A stretch of 64,000 bases of DNA. Origin: Macrostomum hystrix. Its lineage: Eukaryota; Animalia; Platyhelminthes. Below are positions 38,442-49,203 of this stretch, piece by piece. The number at the start of each line of letters is the position of its first letter. Position 1 is the first letter of the stretch. The stretch lies in NCBI GenBank assembly GCA_950097015.1, contig CATNEN010000001.1, positions 868,001 to 932,000 of the forward strand. The letters run 5' to 3'. The position numbers and the translations under genes were made by a program. Below the pieces are notes generated by a model that had not been told where the DNA came from, searched no databases, and saw only the letters and a list, made by a program, of their open reading frames with translations.

Positions 38442-39599
38442 ATGGACACCGAATCTGACGAACTCATTGAGGAAGAAGGAAGCGGAGAATGGAGCTCTGA
38501 CATCGAGACTGAAGAGGATGAACAAGAAGAAAGAAGAGGTCCGTATAGAAGGGTCAGTAATGAAGATCGGCAACGTCTGCTTGACGCGCACGAGAATGGC
38601 CAGGATTTCGTCCACCTAGCTCAACTGATGAACATCAAGCGCTCTACTGCATACTCAATTGTTAGATCTGGACGGAGGGAGAAGAGACCTAAAGGGGGTA
38701 GAAGACGTGTGAAGTTTGACGAAGAGATGGAAAACTACTGCGCCGAACTACTGGAAGACAATGCACTCTTGACACTAGTTGAGATAGGAGGGCACTTGCA
38801 AGCGCGATTTCCGCAGAAGCCGGTGGTTTCGTTGACAACACTAAGTCGGCATCTCGAAGGCTGCTTATACACCGTCAAGCTCGTACGCGACACACCAGCT
38901 GAGAGGAATTCGCCGGCTGTGCTGACTGAGCGAGAGGCGTTCTGTACGTGGTGGTGTTCTGCTGAAGTGATCAATGCACCCAAAGTGTACATTGACGAAT
39001 TCGGATTCGACTCTTGGATGCGCCGCCAGCAAGGAAGGGCTGTCCGAGGCCGAAGAGCGTACCGCAAAGTGGCTGGACAGAAGGGTCCGCGTGTCACCAT
39101 CTGTTTGGCCATGTCGCCTCAAATCGGAGTCGTCCATTACCAGTCATACACTCGAGACATGACCAAGGAACGATTCGCTGAATTTTTGCAGATTTCGATG
39201 GGAAATGTCCATATGACTTGGCCGGATCAGCAAGTTTACATGATATTCGACAACGTCAGCAGTCATAACGATGCCGAGCTACAGGAGGTCGACAATGCAA
39301 TCGAATTTAAGCGACTTCCACGATACAGTCCTTTCCTGACACCGGTTGAGAGCGCAATCTCATCATGGAAATCGGCCATCAAGCGCGAGCTCAATGGGAA
39401 CCGCGAGCTGTTCATCAATCCTACAATGGAGGCCCGGGCAGGTCGAACTTTGGTGGAATATCGCCGTGATGAACTGGCCCGCTTGGCAGATATCACCCTG
39501 AACGACAGCGTCACACGGGAAAAGTGTCTCGAATGGTATAACCACTGCTTTACCTTCATCCCAAGGTGCCTTCAGTTGGCGCCAATCAACGGTGACTGA
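38442..39599 (+). CDS. IS630/Tc1/mariner-superfamily transposase (Gambol-like), 385 aa, intact
   Basis: HTH region (LAQLMNIKRSTAYSIV) and catalytic motifs VYIDEFGF, MIFDNVSSH, LPRYSPFLTPVE. Likely start ATG at 38442. Confidence 0.92.
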   Translation: MDTESDELIEEEGSGEWSSDIETEEDEQEERRGPYRRVSNEDRQRLLDAHENGQDFVHLAQLMNIKRSTAYSIVRSGRREKRPKGGRRRVKFDEEMENYCAELLEDNALLTLVEIGGHLQARFPQKPVVSLTTLSRHLEGCLYTVKLVRDTPAERNSPAVLTEREAFCTWWCSAEVINAPKVYIDEFGFDSWMRRQQGRAVRGRRAYRKVAGQKGPRVTICLAMSPQIGVVHYQSYTRDMTKERFAEFLQISMGNVHMTWPDQQVYMIFDNVSSHNDAELQEVDNAIEFKRLPRYSPFLTPVESAISSWKSAIKRELNGNRELFINPTMEARAGRTLVEYRRDELARLADITLNDSVTREKCLEWYNHCFTFIPRCLQLAPINGD

Positions 39600-42161
39600 C
39601 GAGAGTACATGTAGGGCCTTTGGCCCTCGGGGCTTAAATAAATACATCCCTAAACTCTATGTGTTATCTTCTACATACAAACTGGCACGTAGCCTCGCCC
39701 ATGCACGATAAGTGCGCTTTCCTATTCTAACGAAAGCTAAGCCAATTGACTGCGGCTCACTTTCATGACACGGTCGCCCAGCTACATCGACCTGTTTTTT
39801 GCACATCATAGGCACATAAGCCAAGCAAATATAAAATATACAAATAGACGCCTGGCTAGTTAGTCAAAAATAAACTTTCCCTAGTATCTGAGAGAATTCT
39901 GGCACCTTTAATGAATTGGGAGCTATTCTCGACAAAATTAACTCGGATATATGTTGGGATGTCCGAGATATATTGTGTCAAATGATTTTTTCGTGAATTT
40001 TTCTTCTTGGCATGAAATCGGCGTGGATTTAAAAAAGATTCCATAAGAATTAAGTTTTATTATTTAAATAATAGTAATAATAACCTTGGAATTTATCCAA
40101 AGCAATCAATGTCAATAATAATACTGCTATCAGCGAGCTTTTATTTTGATAAACTAAAAGTAGAACCTGCGAATGTCCCAATCCTCCTGTCATCCAGGTC
40201 CATCCAGGATTGGTATCCATGCCATATTAATTTGGTAAGTTCAAAATGAATAATGACTTGAATATTATAAATGAGGCTAACATCTTTGAGATGTGTAATG
40301 CTAATATTATTGCCTTTAAGAAACTTAGCTCTTAAATACTGATAGGGAGTGATAGCTTTGATACTACAAAGCTCTGTAGCTCTCTTCTCTTGATGATGTT
40401 AGTGTTTATTGTAGATGCCTTAAAAATTAACACAGCTTAAATATTTTCGAGGCCTTCTTGTAGCAAATAAAAATAGTTTAATTGCCAATTTTTCCATCAC
40501 CCTAATATTAGTTACCACATGTAGCTATAATATAATAATTATACTTGAGCATAGAATTTTTGTCCTAAGCCTTTTCCTAGTCAATTGATTCTTTATTATT
40601 CTTTATAATATATTTTTCATTAATAGTGGTTATAGCATTTATATAGACTACTCATTTGTGCTAATTAATGATTATATTTCTGCTTAATTTTGTGGGCAGG
40701 ACTATTTTAGGAATGGCCTATCCTATGCCTGCTGTTGGGCTGGGCCATAGACAGAATAAAAGCAAAAACAATTATATTTAATGGAGTACTGCAGTGCAGA
40801 AAAGTACAACAGTAATGATAAGAGCAGTAACAATAATAACAAACAGAGGGGAGATGAAACAATACACAATTAGCCACACCCATAGTTTAAGTAGGCTTAG
40901 ACAGACTGTGTTAAATGTAATTTCTCTGTTCAAACCAGCAAGAAACCGGAGACACTCACAGGCGGGTCCGTGGAAATGCCGAAACGGACGAAACGGACCG
41001 AAACGGACCGAAACGGGCCGAAACGGACCGAAACGAACCGAAATGGGCCGAAACGGACCGAAACGGACCGAAACGAACCAAAACGGACCGAAACGAACCG
41101 AAACCAACCAAAGCGGACCGAAACGGACCGAAACCAACCGAAATGGACGAATCGGGAGACTTAACTTCAGAATCTATATGCATATATGTAACGTGTACCT
41201 GATGTTGATGTCGGATTTTTTCCCTTTCAAACTCGCGCCTGATTGGGGACTGGGAACTGAAGCCTGATTAACAAAGTCGGGGGGGGGGCGAATAATAACA
41301 ATAATTGCAGGAGGGCAGTGGGCTCACTGGCGCAGCACGTTTGGCGTCATCGTCCCACAGCCAGCGGGGAGGCAATTCTGCCCATTCCGCTGACTCCTGG
41401 GGGGTTTCTTATGAAAGTATTCTCTATGCTTAATGCTGAAAATGTGCATCAATTAGGCGGAAATTGGTGTACATTTTCAGCATAAAGCATATGATATAGG
41501 TATTTCTTCTAGCTATTCATGTAACTATTTTCCGGTGTAAATTTCCGGGTTTTACGTTTAAACCTCGTAACATCTTTGTGCAGCAACCTCACTCCCCCGT
41601 GCTATATATACGAGCCAATTCTATCGCAAGAAAATTCATCGCTTCATCCCTTTGGTATAAGCTTGCTATAAGCTAAGCTTGTTGGTATAAGCTTGCCTCC
41701 CTTGTCCAGTCCAGCTTTCGCGCCCCGGCCGTGCCTTTTGCCTATTTCGCTTTCTCCGCTTTGCCGCCACGTGCGCACGCCAGCTATAGCTTTACTACCC
41801 TTTCCACTGGCAGTGCCGATCGCCCCTTTCTCACCTGCCTAGATCCTTTCCATCTGCCTTCCGTCTCTCAGCTTGTGAGTGAGCGCCCGGTTCCCCCCGG
41901 CTAGGCATGTACTCACCTGTTGTCTGTCGGTTGGCACCTCCCCCTCCCTGCGCTAGCAGGCTCACTGTGTCCCTTAGCTTAGCTTAGCTAGTCATAGTGA
42001 ACTTTAGACACCAAATAGCTTTCATTGCACTTAGACTTTAGTCTTTCTGTCTATTTTGACGGTAAATAGCAACTTTTACATTTATTTATTTTATTATTAT
42101 AACATATTTACATAGCAAGCATAGAATAGAAAGTCTCCACATTAGCAAATCTCGCTCGGGC

Positions 42162-42806
42162 ATGAGCAGCAACGGCAGTCGACCTCCGGCCAGGTCTTCA
42201 GCGGCATCGGCGTCGAAGAAGCCAGGTGCAGAGCTCATCCCCGGCCCTCCAGCCACTTCATCCAAGCGCCAGCGGCCGTCGAACTCCCGTGCCAGTCTAG
42301 AGTCGGCAGCAGCAGCGGCCGCCAAGAAGCCTAAGGCCGTACCAGGGCGATCCTCGATCCCCGGCCGTCCCAGCGATTCCAACTGTGCAAGCGACTCCGG
42401 TCACGAGAAGATCGTTGAGCACCCGGCCGAGTCTGCTGAGACCGCCGAGACGACCCTCCGAGACGACTCCCCGATCGAGATAGACACCGACATCGCTTCG
42501 GCTGACGGTACCGTTGGAGCCGACGGCGCGAGACCTGAATTTGCGACTCCTCCGACCTCGCCTTCAACTTCTGGCACCGGTACCGGCAATCTTGAAAGAG
42601 TAGTGAGTGGGGAAGCTGTTTCTGCCGCTCCAAGCCCACTTGGTCTAGTGCCCATCAACACCTCGGGTCTTACCTCCACATCCTTTGTCAATGATCGCTG
42701 TCTGGTCGACTACTACCCAAACGCTTTCTCTTCTCTTGCCGATGACCTTCTTGAAACTATCAAATCCGAACTAGAGCCAAACATTGTTGTACTCGTAGTA
42801 CATTAA
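42162..42806 (+). CDS. S/P/A-rich 214-aa ORF inside the MULE; probably a truncated retroelement ORF1/gag N-terminus or captured cargo
   Basis: GC-rich ORF with an ATG start, preceded by a pyrimidine-rich UTR-like stretch (41640-42160). No recognisable domain. Confidence 0.4.
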   Translation: MSSNGSRPPARSSAASASKKPGAELIPGPPATSSKRQRPSNSRASLESAAAAAAKKPKAVPGRSSIPGRPSDSNCASDSGHEKIVEHPAESAETAETTLRDDSPIEIDTDIASADGTVGADGARPEFATPPTSPSTSGTGTGNLERVVSGEAVSAAPSPLGLVPINTSGLTSTSFVNDRCLVDYYPNAFSSLADDLLETIKSELEPNIVVLVVH

Positions 42807-44557
42807 CATTGCGCGCATTGAATTGCTAATACTCTGTAGCGAATTGGCCGCACAAGCCTATCTTACAGCATAATCGAATTCAAAACACGAAGGCACAAGG
42901 CTTGCAGTAACTATACATGTATCTGAATTGATGAAAATTTATATACCGCCGAAGGTCGACTCCACTAGAATTTCAACGATGCTGAAGTACATGTAATAGA
43001 ATGTTTATACTGTAGTTAATCGATTTTACTCATTGCGCTCCGATATACGTTTTAAAAATAATTTGGAACGAAAAAATGTAAGATAAAATTATTGAAAGTT
43101 TTTTTCGAAAAACGGTTTAGTTAAGAGCAGTTTAATTTCAGCAAGTCAAAGAGACTCAAAGAGATGGTAAGAAAAAGGCAAACAAAAACCTTTTTTGCAA
43201 AAAGCATCTTTCATAGACATAAAAGTCAATGTGGTTGATAAATTTGGTTGTGGTTGATAAAAGCGAGGTGAAGACACTGACAGGTAGTACGAATCTATAA
43301 AGTCAATTCCGTTGGGCTGACAAAACGTTACTGGCACAATTTAAAAGCGGCACAAATCGGCAAGTCAAGTGAGAATAGCAAAAATTGATTAAAAGCAGCA
43401 GAACGACAGCAGAAAAAGCAAAACTTATAAGCAAGAATAATGTAAAAATGCAGTGAGCGCCAAAATGTACACATGGAAGCCAGCGGTGCAAAATAAAGTG
43501 TGCGACCCGACAGCAAGACTTACAGTATATAAAGCAAAACTGACGATCCAAAAGATGGTAAAAAATCTTTCACGCGTTTCTTCAGCAGGAAATGTCAGGC
43601 AAAATCGACAACTAAAAGCAGCAGATAGCAATACAAAAATAATCAGAACGAAAGTAAGGTAGGTTGGGAAACTTATCCCAAAGGAAGAAATTAATTTCCA
43701 TGAAGCTATTGAGAGAATGTCAGGTGCTTCTCAATGTGGCAGCCACCCAGGGGAATAGCCCACCCAGAACCGATAGGCTCCGGTGCTTGTGCACTTCTCT
43801 CTCTCTCTCTCTCTCTCTTAAATTGCAGCAGCTAAAATCTTTACTTCTTACTCAGTAAAGTAATCAATTAGCGTTTTACTATACTTGACTCCGTTCACTC
43901 AGCAAGGGAATCTGAATTGATGGACTTAAGATACAGTGCATGAATGCAAGGGTGGTTTGGAATCATGTTGGCCCAATGCTTTGAAATTCATCTTTAGCAA
44001 AAAAACATGTTGACACTGGTGGGCTGGTAGACGTTGTTTAGCATGAAATAGAAGTTGAGGTTGCAGTTGAAGACTAATGGTCCTTATGTGAAGTACATCA
44101 CATTCATAATAAGCAGGATAAAATAAAATGCAAATGCAAACAGCTTTCCACGACAGCATCATACAGCTAGTAAGTAGTACATGTATAGTAGGAAACACAG
44201 CTGGCAAAAAAATAATTTGCACACTTAAAAATTCCTATATGTACTTACTGTAACAGTCAGACAGTTGCATATGAGATGGTAAACAAAAAGTGGCTGGTGC
44301 AGTAGAAATATGGTTAGGCAGGGGTAAGTAAATGAACAATAATTGGAAATACAAAGCACACTAGATAGTCAGTCGTAGGATTACCGTCGCTGTCTATAAA
44401 AATGGTCATATGGTTTAGACTGTGATGGTCACTGGCACTGGCATGTGCATGGGATTTCTATCGGGATAAAAACGAATATTCGAACTAAGCACACAAATAT
44501 ATAGCTAGAAATGCAGCGCTGCACTTATTCCTGTCATTGTCAAATTAGCTGACACAT

Positions 44558-47500
44558 TTATCGAAACTGAGTCGCTCGCTCTGCCTTCTGTCGTCGCTTC
44601 TGGTGGGGCTTCTTACCAGCAGATGGTTTCCTCATAGTTTTGAACCTGCCATTGGTAGATGTGAACACTCCTTCATCCTTAATCATTCGAAAGCACTTTT
44701 GGAAAGCTGCATCTCTTTGTTTTTTTGACATTTTCTTCCAAGCATCGAGAGTGATTTGATGATGTACATACATACAGGACAGTCGAAACTCGCCAAAGCC
44801 GATGAGAGCTCTTTCTGCTTCTAAATGCTGCTGCCTCGATAGCTCCTCCAAGCGAAAAATCAAGTCAGGAAGGTTTCTTGGTGTCCAACTTATTTTCATC
44901 TTCAAAACGTGATTCAGCGACTCAGCATTGTTGGTCGTCCACAAGTGACGCTCGCAGACAATGCTTTCTCGCAACAGTGGTAGCACGTGTGAGGCACAGT
45001 ATTTCGCAAATGCTGGGATTGCACTTCGCATTTCATGTATAAGCTGTGCCACAGCAGCATCAAAAACAGTCACTGTATTAGAGTTGGCAAGTCCATGTGT
45101 ACCGAAAATTTGTGAAATAATTTTCTTTCGTTCGTACTTATCAACACCACATGTGTCTGATAGCTGCCTTTTGGCATTGTCCTTCAAATGCTTTGTACAT
45201 GCCACTGTAAACGCGTATGGAAAGGAATGCATCATTGCCTTACGCATCCCCAGCTCAGCATCCGATCCAAGAATAATCTTCTTTTGAGGTGAATGTTCCA
45301 GCATCAAAGATAAATGGCTGAAGAAGTAGTTATATGTCGTGGCATCAGAATTGCCATGTAAAAAGATTGGCCCCATAAAAATGGGGGTATCTCCTGTTGA
45401 TTTGCGATACAAAGCCAAGTTCTGATACGAACTAGGGGTAACAAAAACAGAGCCCAGATTGTATGTTTTGTCGAATGACAGTACACTTGCGTTGGAACCG
45501 CAGCAGAATTCTTTAACGTCTCGCAGTTGCTTATCTGTGTACAGAACAGCGCAAGGCGGCCTTCCATGTGGGTGAATTACATGTCGTACAAATTCATTCA
45601 TTTGAAGCATTTCAACGACAGCCAACCACTCGTCTGCAGGGTTTGCGAATGGCACCCTGTGCCCCGAAGCATTTTTACGATTTGCATCTCTTACTTGTTG
45701 AAGATTACGAGGAGACTTCTCACTCTCTTCCAAATTGTCCTTCACTAACTTAGCATAAACTTCTCTAGGTGGAAGCGACTTCAGCATCTCCTTCATTTTC
45801 TGTATAGTTTCTTCTGGTGTTCGAATGAAGTGTGAATCTTCTGCACTATCGTTCCCATGCTGCTTGTGTCCTGGGAATGTACCTGCGTATTCAAAAATGG
45901 CAATTGAGTGTGCTGCACTCTCAATCCAAGTAATCCGGCGACGATAGCTCGAAGCAGATTGTGAGCCAAATTTCAAACTTGAATAATGGTGCACAAAAGT
46001 AACAACGTCTTCCTTCAATGGCTGTGGAGATAGTGGAACATAGTAGCGTTTGTTACTGCACTGAAATTCAGTGCAGTATTTTTCTTCTTTACGATGCAAT
46101 CGAGATCCAAGACGATTACTTGCACATAAATATGGAACTCTAATAGTAGGCGAATTTGATGAGACCCACGCTCCACAGTCATCCCAAAAAAGGCTTTTCT
46201 TGCCACCCAGTCGACGCTGTATATTGTCAGTGTTGTCAACCACGAAGTATACATTGTCCTTTTTTCCAGTCGGAACTGATTTTAGGGCATTCTCTATCCC
46301 GGTTGTAGTCAAAACCTCATAAACTTTTTGGCCAGACATGAATTTTCCTCCTGGTAGACTAGAATCAGTTCCATAATCAGTAAACAGGTTTGACTCGTCG
46401 GCGATGTAATCATTCTTCCTCTTTGCATTCTTTGGATCTGAGTCAGAATTGGATTGCTTCTCATCATCGGTGCTCATTGATTCGTCCGCTCTTCTTCTTG
46501 TGTCCTTGTACTTCTTTCTTTTTGACTTCTGCGAACTTGAAGTGCCATTCTCCTCCACCCCAGCATCATCGCCTGCAGCTTCATTCTCTCTCTTTGTGCC
46601 TTTCTTCTTCTTTGACTTCTGCGAACTTGAAGCGCCACTCTCCTCCACCCCAGCATCATCGCCTGCAGCTTCATTCTCTCTCTTTGTGCCTTTCTTCTTC
46701 TTTGACTTCTGCGAACTTGAAGCGCCACTCTCCTCCACCCCAGCATCATCGCCTGCAGCTTCATTCTCTCTCTTTGTGCCTTTCTTCTTCTTTGACTTCT
46801 GCGAACTTGAAGCGCCACTCTCCTCCACCCCAGCATCATCGCCTGCAGCTTCATTCTCTCTCTTTGTGCCTTTCTTCTTCTTTGACTTCTGCGAACGCGT
46901 CTTGTCCTTGTCCCCCACTCCAGCACCATTGTCATTCGCTGCCTCTTCACTTTCCTGCGCATTCTTCTCTTCAGCCCTCCTCGCATGCGACTCACCTTCG
47001 TCACTCCCAACTTCACCATCCTTTTCGCCATCATTCCTCGAGTCGTCAACTCGTGAGTTCTCACTATAGTCCTCTGCCCCCTCCTCATCCATCTCAACAC
47101 TTGTTGGTGACTCATGTGTTGCATCGACTATTCGTATGAGTGGAATGACATGGTTCGCAACGAGTGCAGTTGCCTTGGCTGGAACGTGCGAAAAGTGAGA
47201 CCACATTAATGTGATTACCGGACTGCATGGACGGCGGACACCACGACCACACACAAGGCGTGTGTATGGATGCTGGTCACAAGAAATAAGAGCATTTGGT
47301 GGATGATATGACTGAATCGCTTTACCAATGGCAGCACTCAGTGCAAAGAAGTGAATCATCTCTGCATAGGAGCCAGGAGTAACAGCACTCATCATTACAT
47401 CTAGAAATGGTGGTGTATAGATCCGACAGTCATTTATTAGATCAGTAAAGTTTGCTGCTTCCAAATCATAGAATGATCTGTTGTCAATCAACTCTAGCCC

Positions 47501-49203
47501 AATTCGCAAACGAAGGTACAGATGGTGCTCCTGTGTGCCATAGAGAGCCAGGGAGGCTGCACGATAAAAACAGTTGCCATCCCCAGCAACAGCTGCAGGG
47601 TGGTACAAATTGAGTACACATGGCTGGAACAGCAGCAAAATCTTCTTGGCAATATCATCAGTACCAGTCTTATCGGTGCCAGCATTTCCAAAGATGACCT
47701 CTTGAAGTTGTGGTTCTACAAAGTATGTCGCCAGCAGAAGTTGTTCGCGCTCACTAGCAGACATAGCCACTGAAGTCTGTAGCCTGAAATTGTTGAAACA
47801 AAAGAAAGTAGCAACTTTTATGTTGAATTTGAGCTAGCTGACTTGCAAAATCCACTGGAAATGCTTTATACAAGTTTATCAAGATTTCTATCATGCACTA
47901 TAGCAGACTGTAGCAGTTCTCAATCTGAGCTTTATGATACATTTAGAATTGCATGTAATCTATTAAGAGAATGTAGAAAAATGATCCAGATATGAGTAAT
48001 TCCTTGAATATGTCATATGACAGTGAAGTTGAAGTTTTAGTTTTCCTTTGCAACTACTTACTGCTTACTACTATACTACTAAGTACAGTATATATTTTTT
48101 TCCCATTTTTTTATCAAAAGCCCTTAGGGTAAAACATCATCAACCAAACCATTCAAGAGAAATGAAAGTCATATTTATCTTTCATGTGATTCTTCCTAAC
48201 TATTTTATTCATTTGTTATGATATTTCAAGTTCTATGATGCCTTTACTATGCCAAAATGAAAAACAGAACATCGGATTCTTTGTTCAGCTTGACAATGCA
48301 TGAAAATTGTTGCTTGGTTTTGATAGAAAGTGGTCTATTACCTCTTTCAACTTAATTAACTGCTTTGGATAAAACAATATTCTTCAAAAAGAAAAATATT
48401 AACTTTCTGCAACTTTGGGTTAGCTTCACTTTGATATGAAGCATACTGAAAGTTTAATAAAAGGTTGAATATATAAAATCATTGATTTCTTGTTTGGTTG
48501 ATGACTTTTACCCCATTCTCTATTTTTATAGAATATGCTTTCCACCATTTTATATCACTGTTGATGAAGAAGCCCACTAGAGTTCAGTTCCACCATAACT
48601 AAAATTTTCCCATATCCATATCTATATCCATAACCTCTTAATTTTCCCATAGCCTATCCATATCCATATCTTTTATGAAAAAATCCATATCTGTAACTTC
48701 TCATAGACATATCCATAGCTATGGCAGAACTCTAAAGCCCACCATTTGTAAGGTCTACTCTCTCTAGCACTACCACAAAGAACATCAATTTGATTCTAAT
48801 CAAGATGCAAGTCATAGGCCTAGGGACTAGCATAAGTCATAAGGGAAGAATCTTAAGATAGACAAAATGTATAATTTTATATACATCTGGTGGGGCACAG
48901 CACTGTGATTAGGCCACGAGGCCCCTGCAGCAATAGAATTTTGTGAATTTAATATGAAGACCACACTACAGCATTTACTCACCTAGAGAGAGCACCCTGA
49001 ATGTCATATCCTCCATCGTTGATGTGGACACACGTGGGACAAAGGAAGTCTGCATTTGAGGAATCCCACTTAGCAAACAACACTTCGCTCATTGCAAGAC
49101 ATGTTCGATGGCTCCAACACTGGCATCCACAACAATAGATTGTATCGTCAGCGCATTCAAGACCACACCCAGTGCAGGGGTACATAGGACTCCGAATCCT
49201 CAT
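44558..49203 (-). CDS. PHD finger + vertnin-like OTU protease + MULE DDE transposase; exons 49203-48983 and 47783-44558 (about 1148 aa)
   Basis: Exon 1 has a C4HC3 PHD (CTGC..CCGCQCWSHRTC..CPTC). AG|gtgagt..tttcag|G joins in frame. OTU motifs GDGNCFYRA..LMWS..NHVIPL. MULE motifs SFDKTYNLG, GSDAE, CTKH, TTNNAESLNHVLK. Confidence 0.88.
46520..46900 (-). repeat. 90-bp in-frame coding tandem repeat, 4 copies, in the MULE linker
   Basis: Repeated peptide SQKSKKKKGTKRENEAAGDDAGVEESGASS. Confidence 0.95.
48127..48514. mobile_element. MITE in the MULE intron
   Basis: Imperfect TIRs gggtaaaacatcatcaaccaaac / gtttggttgatgacttttacccc. Related copy at about 8.1-8.4 kb. Confidence 0.7.
48578..48734. mobile_element. 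157-bp hAT-type MITE in the MULE intron
   Basis: TIR tagagttc / gaactcta, 8-bp TSD aagcccac (48570-48577 and 48735-48742), internal atatcc repeats. Confidence 0.8.

Noticed and set aside
40778-41267. ORFs with RNGPKRTET repeats (also at 49544-49946)
   Set aside because: They are translations of the 10-bp TIR arrays.
46390-47139. Antisense and alternate-frame ORFs over the MULE linker
   Set aside because: They are shadows of the 90-bp coding repeat.
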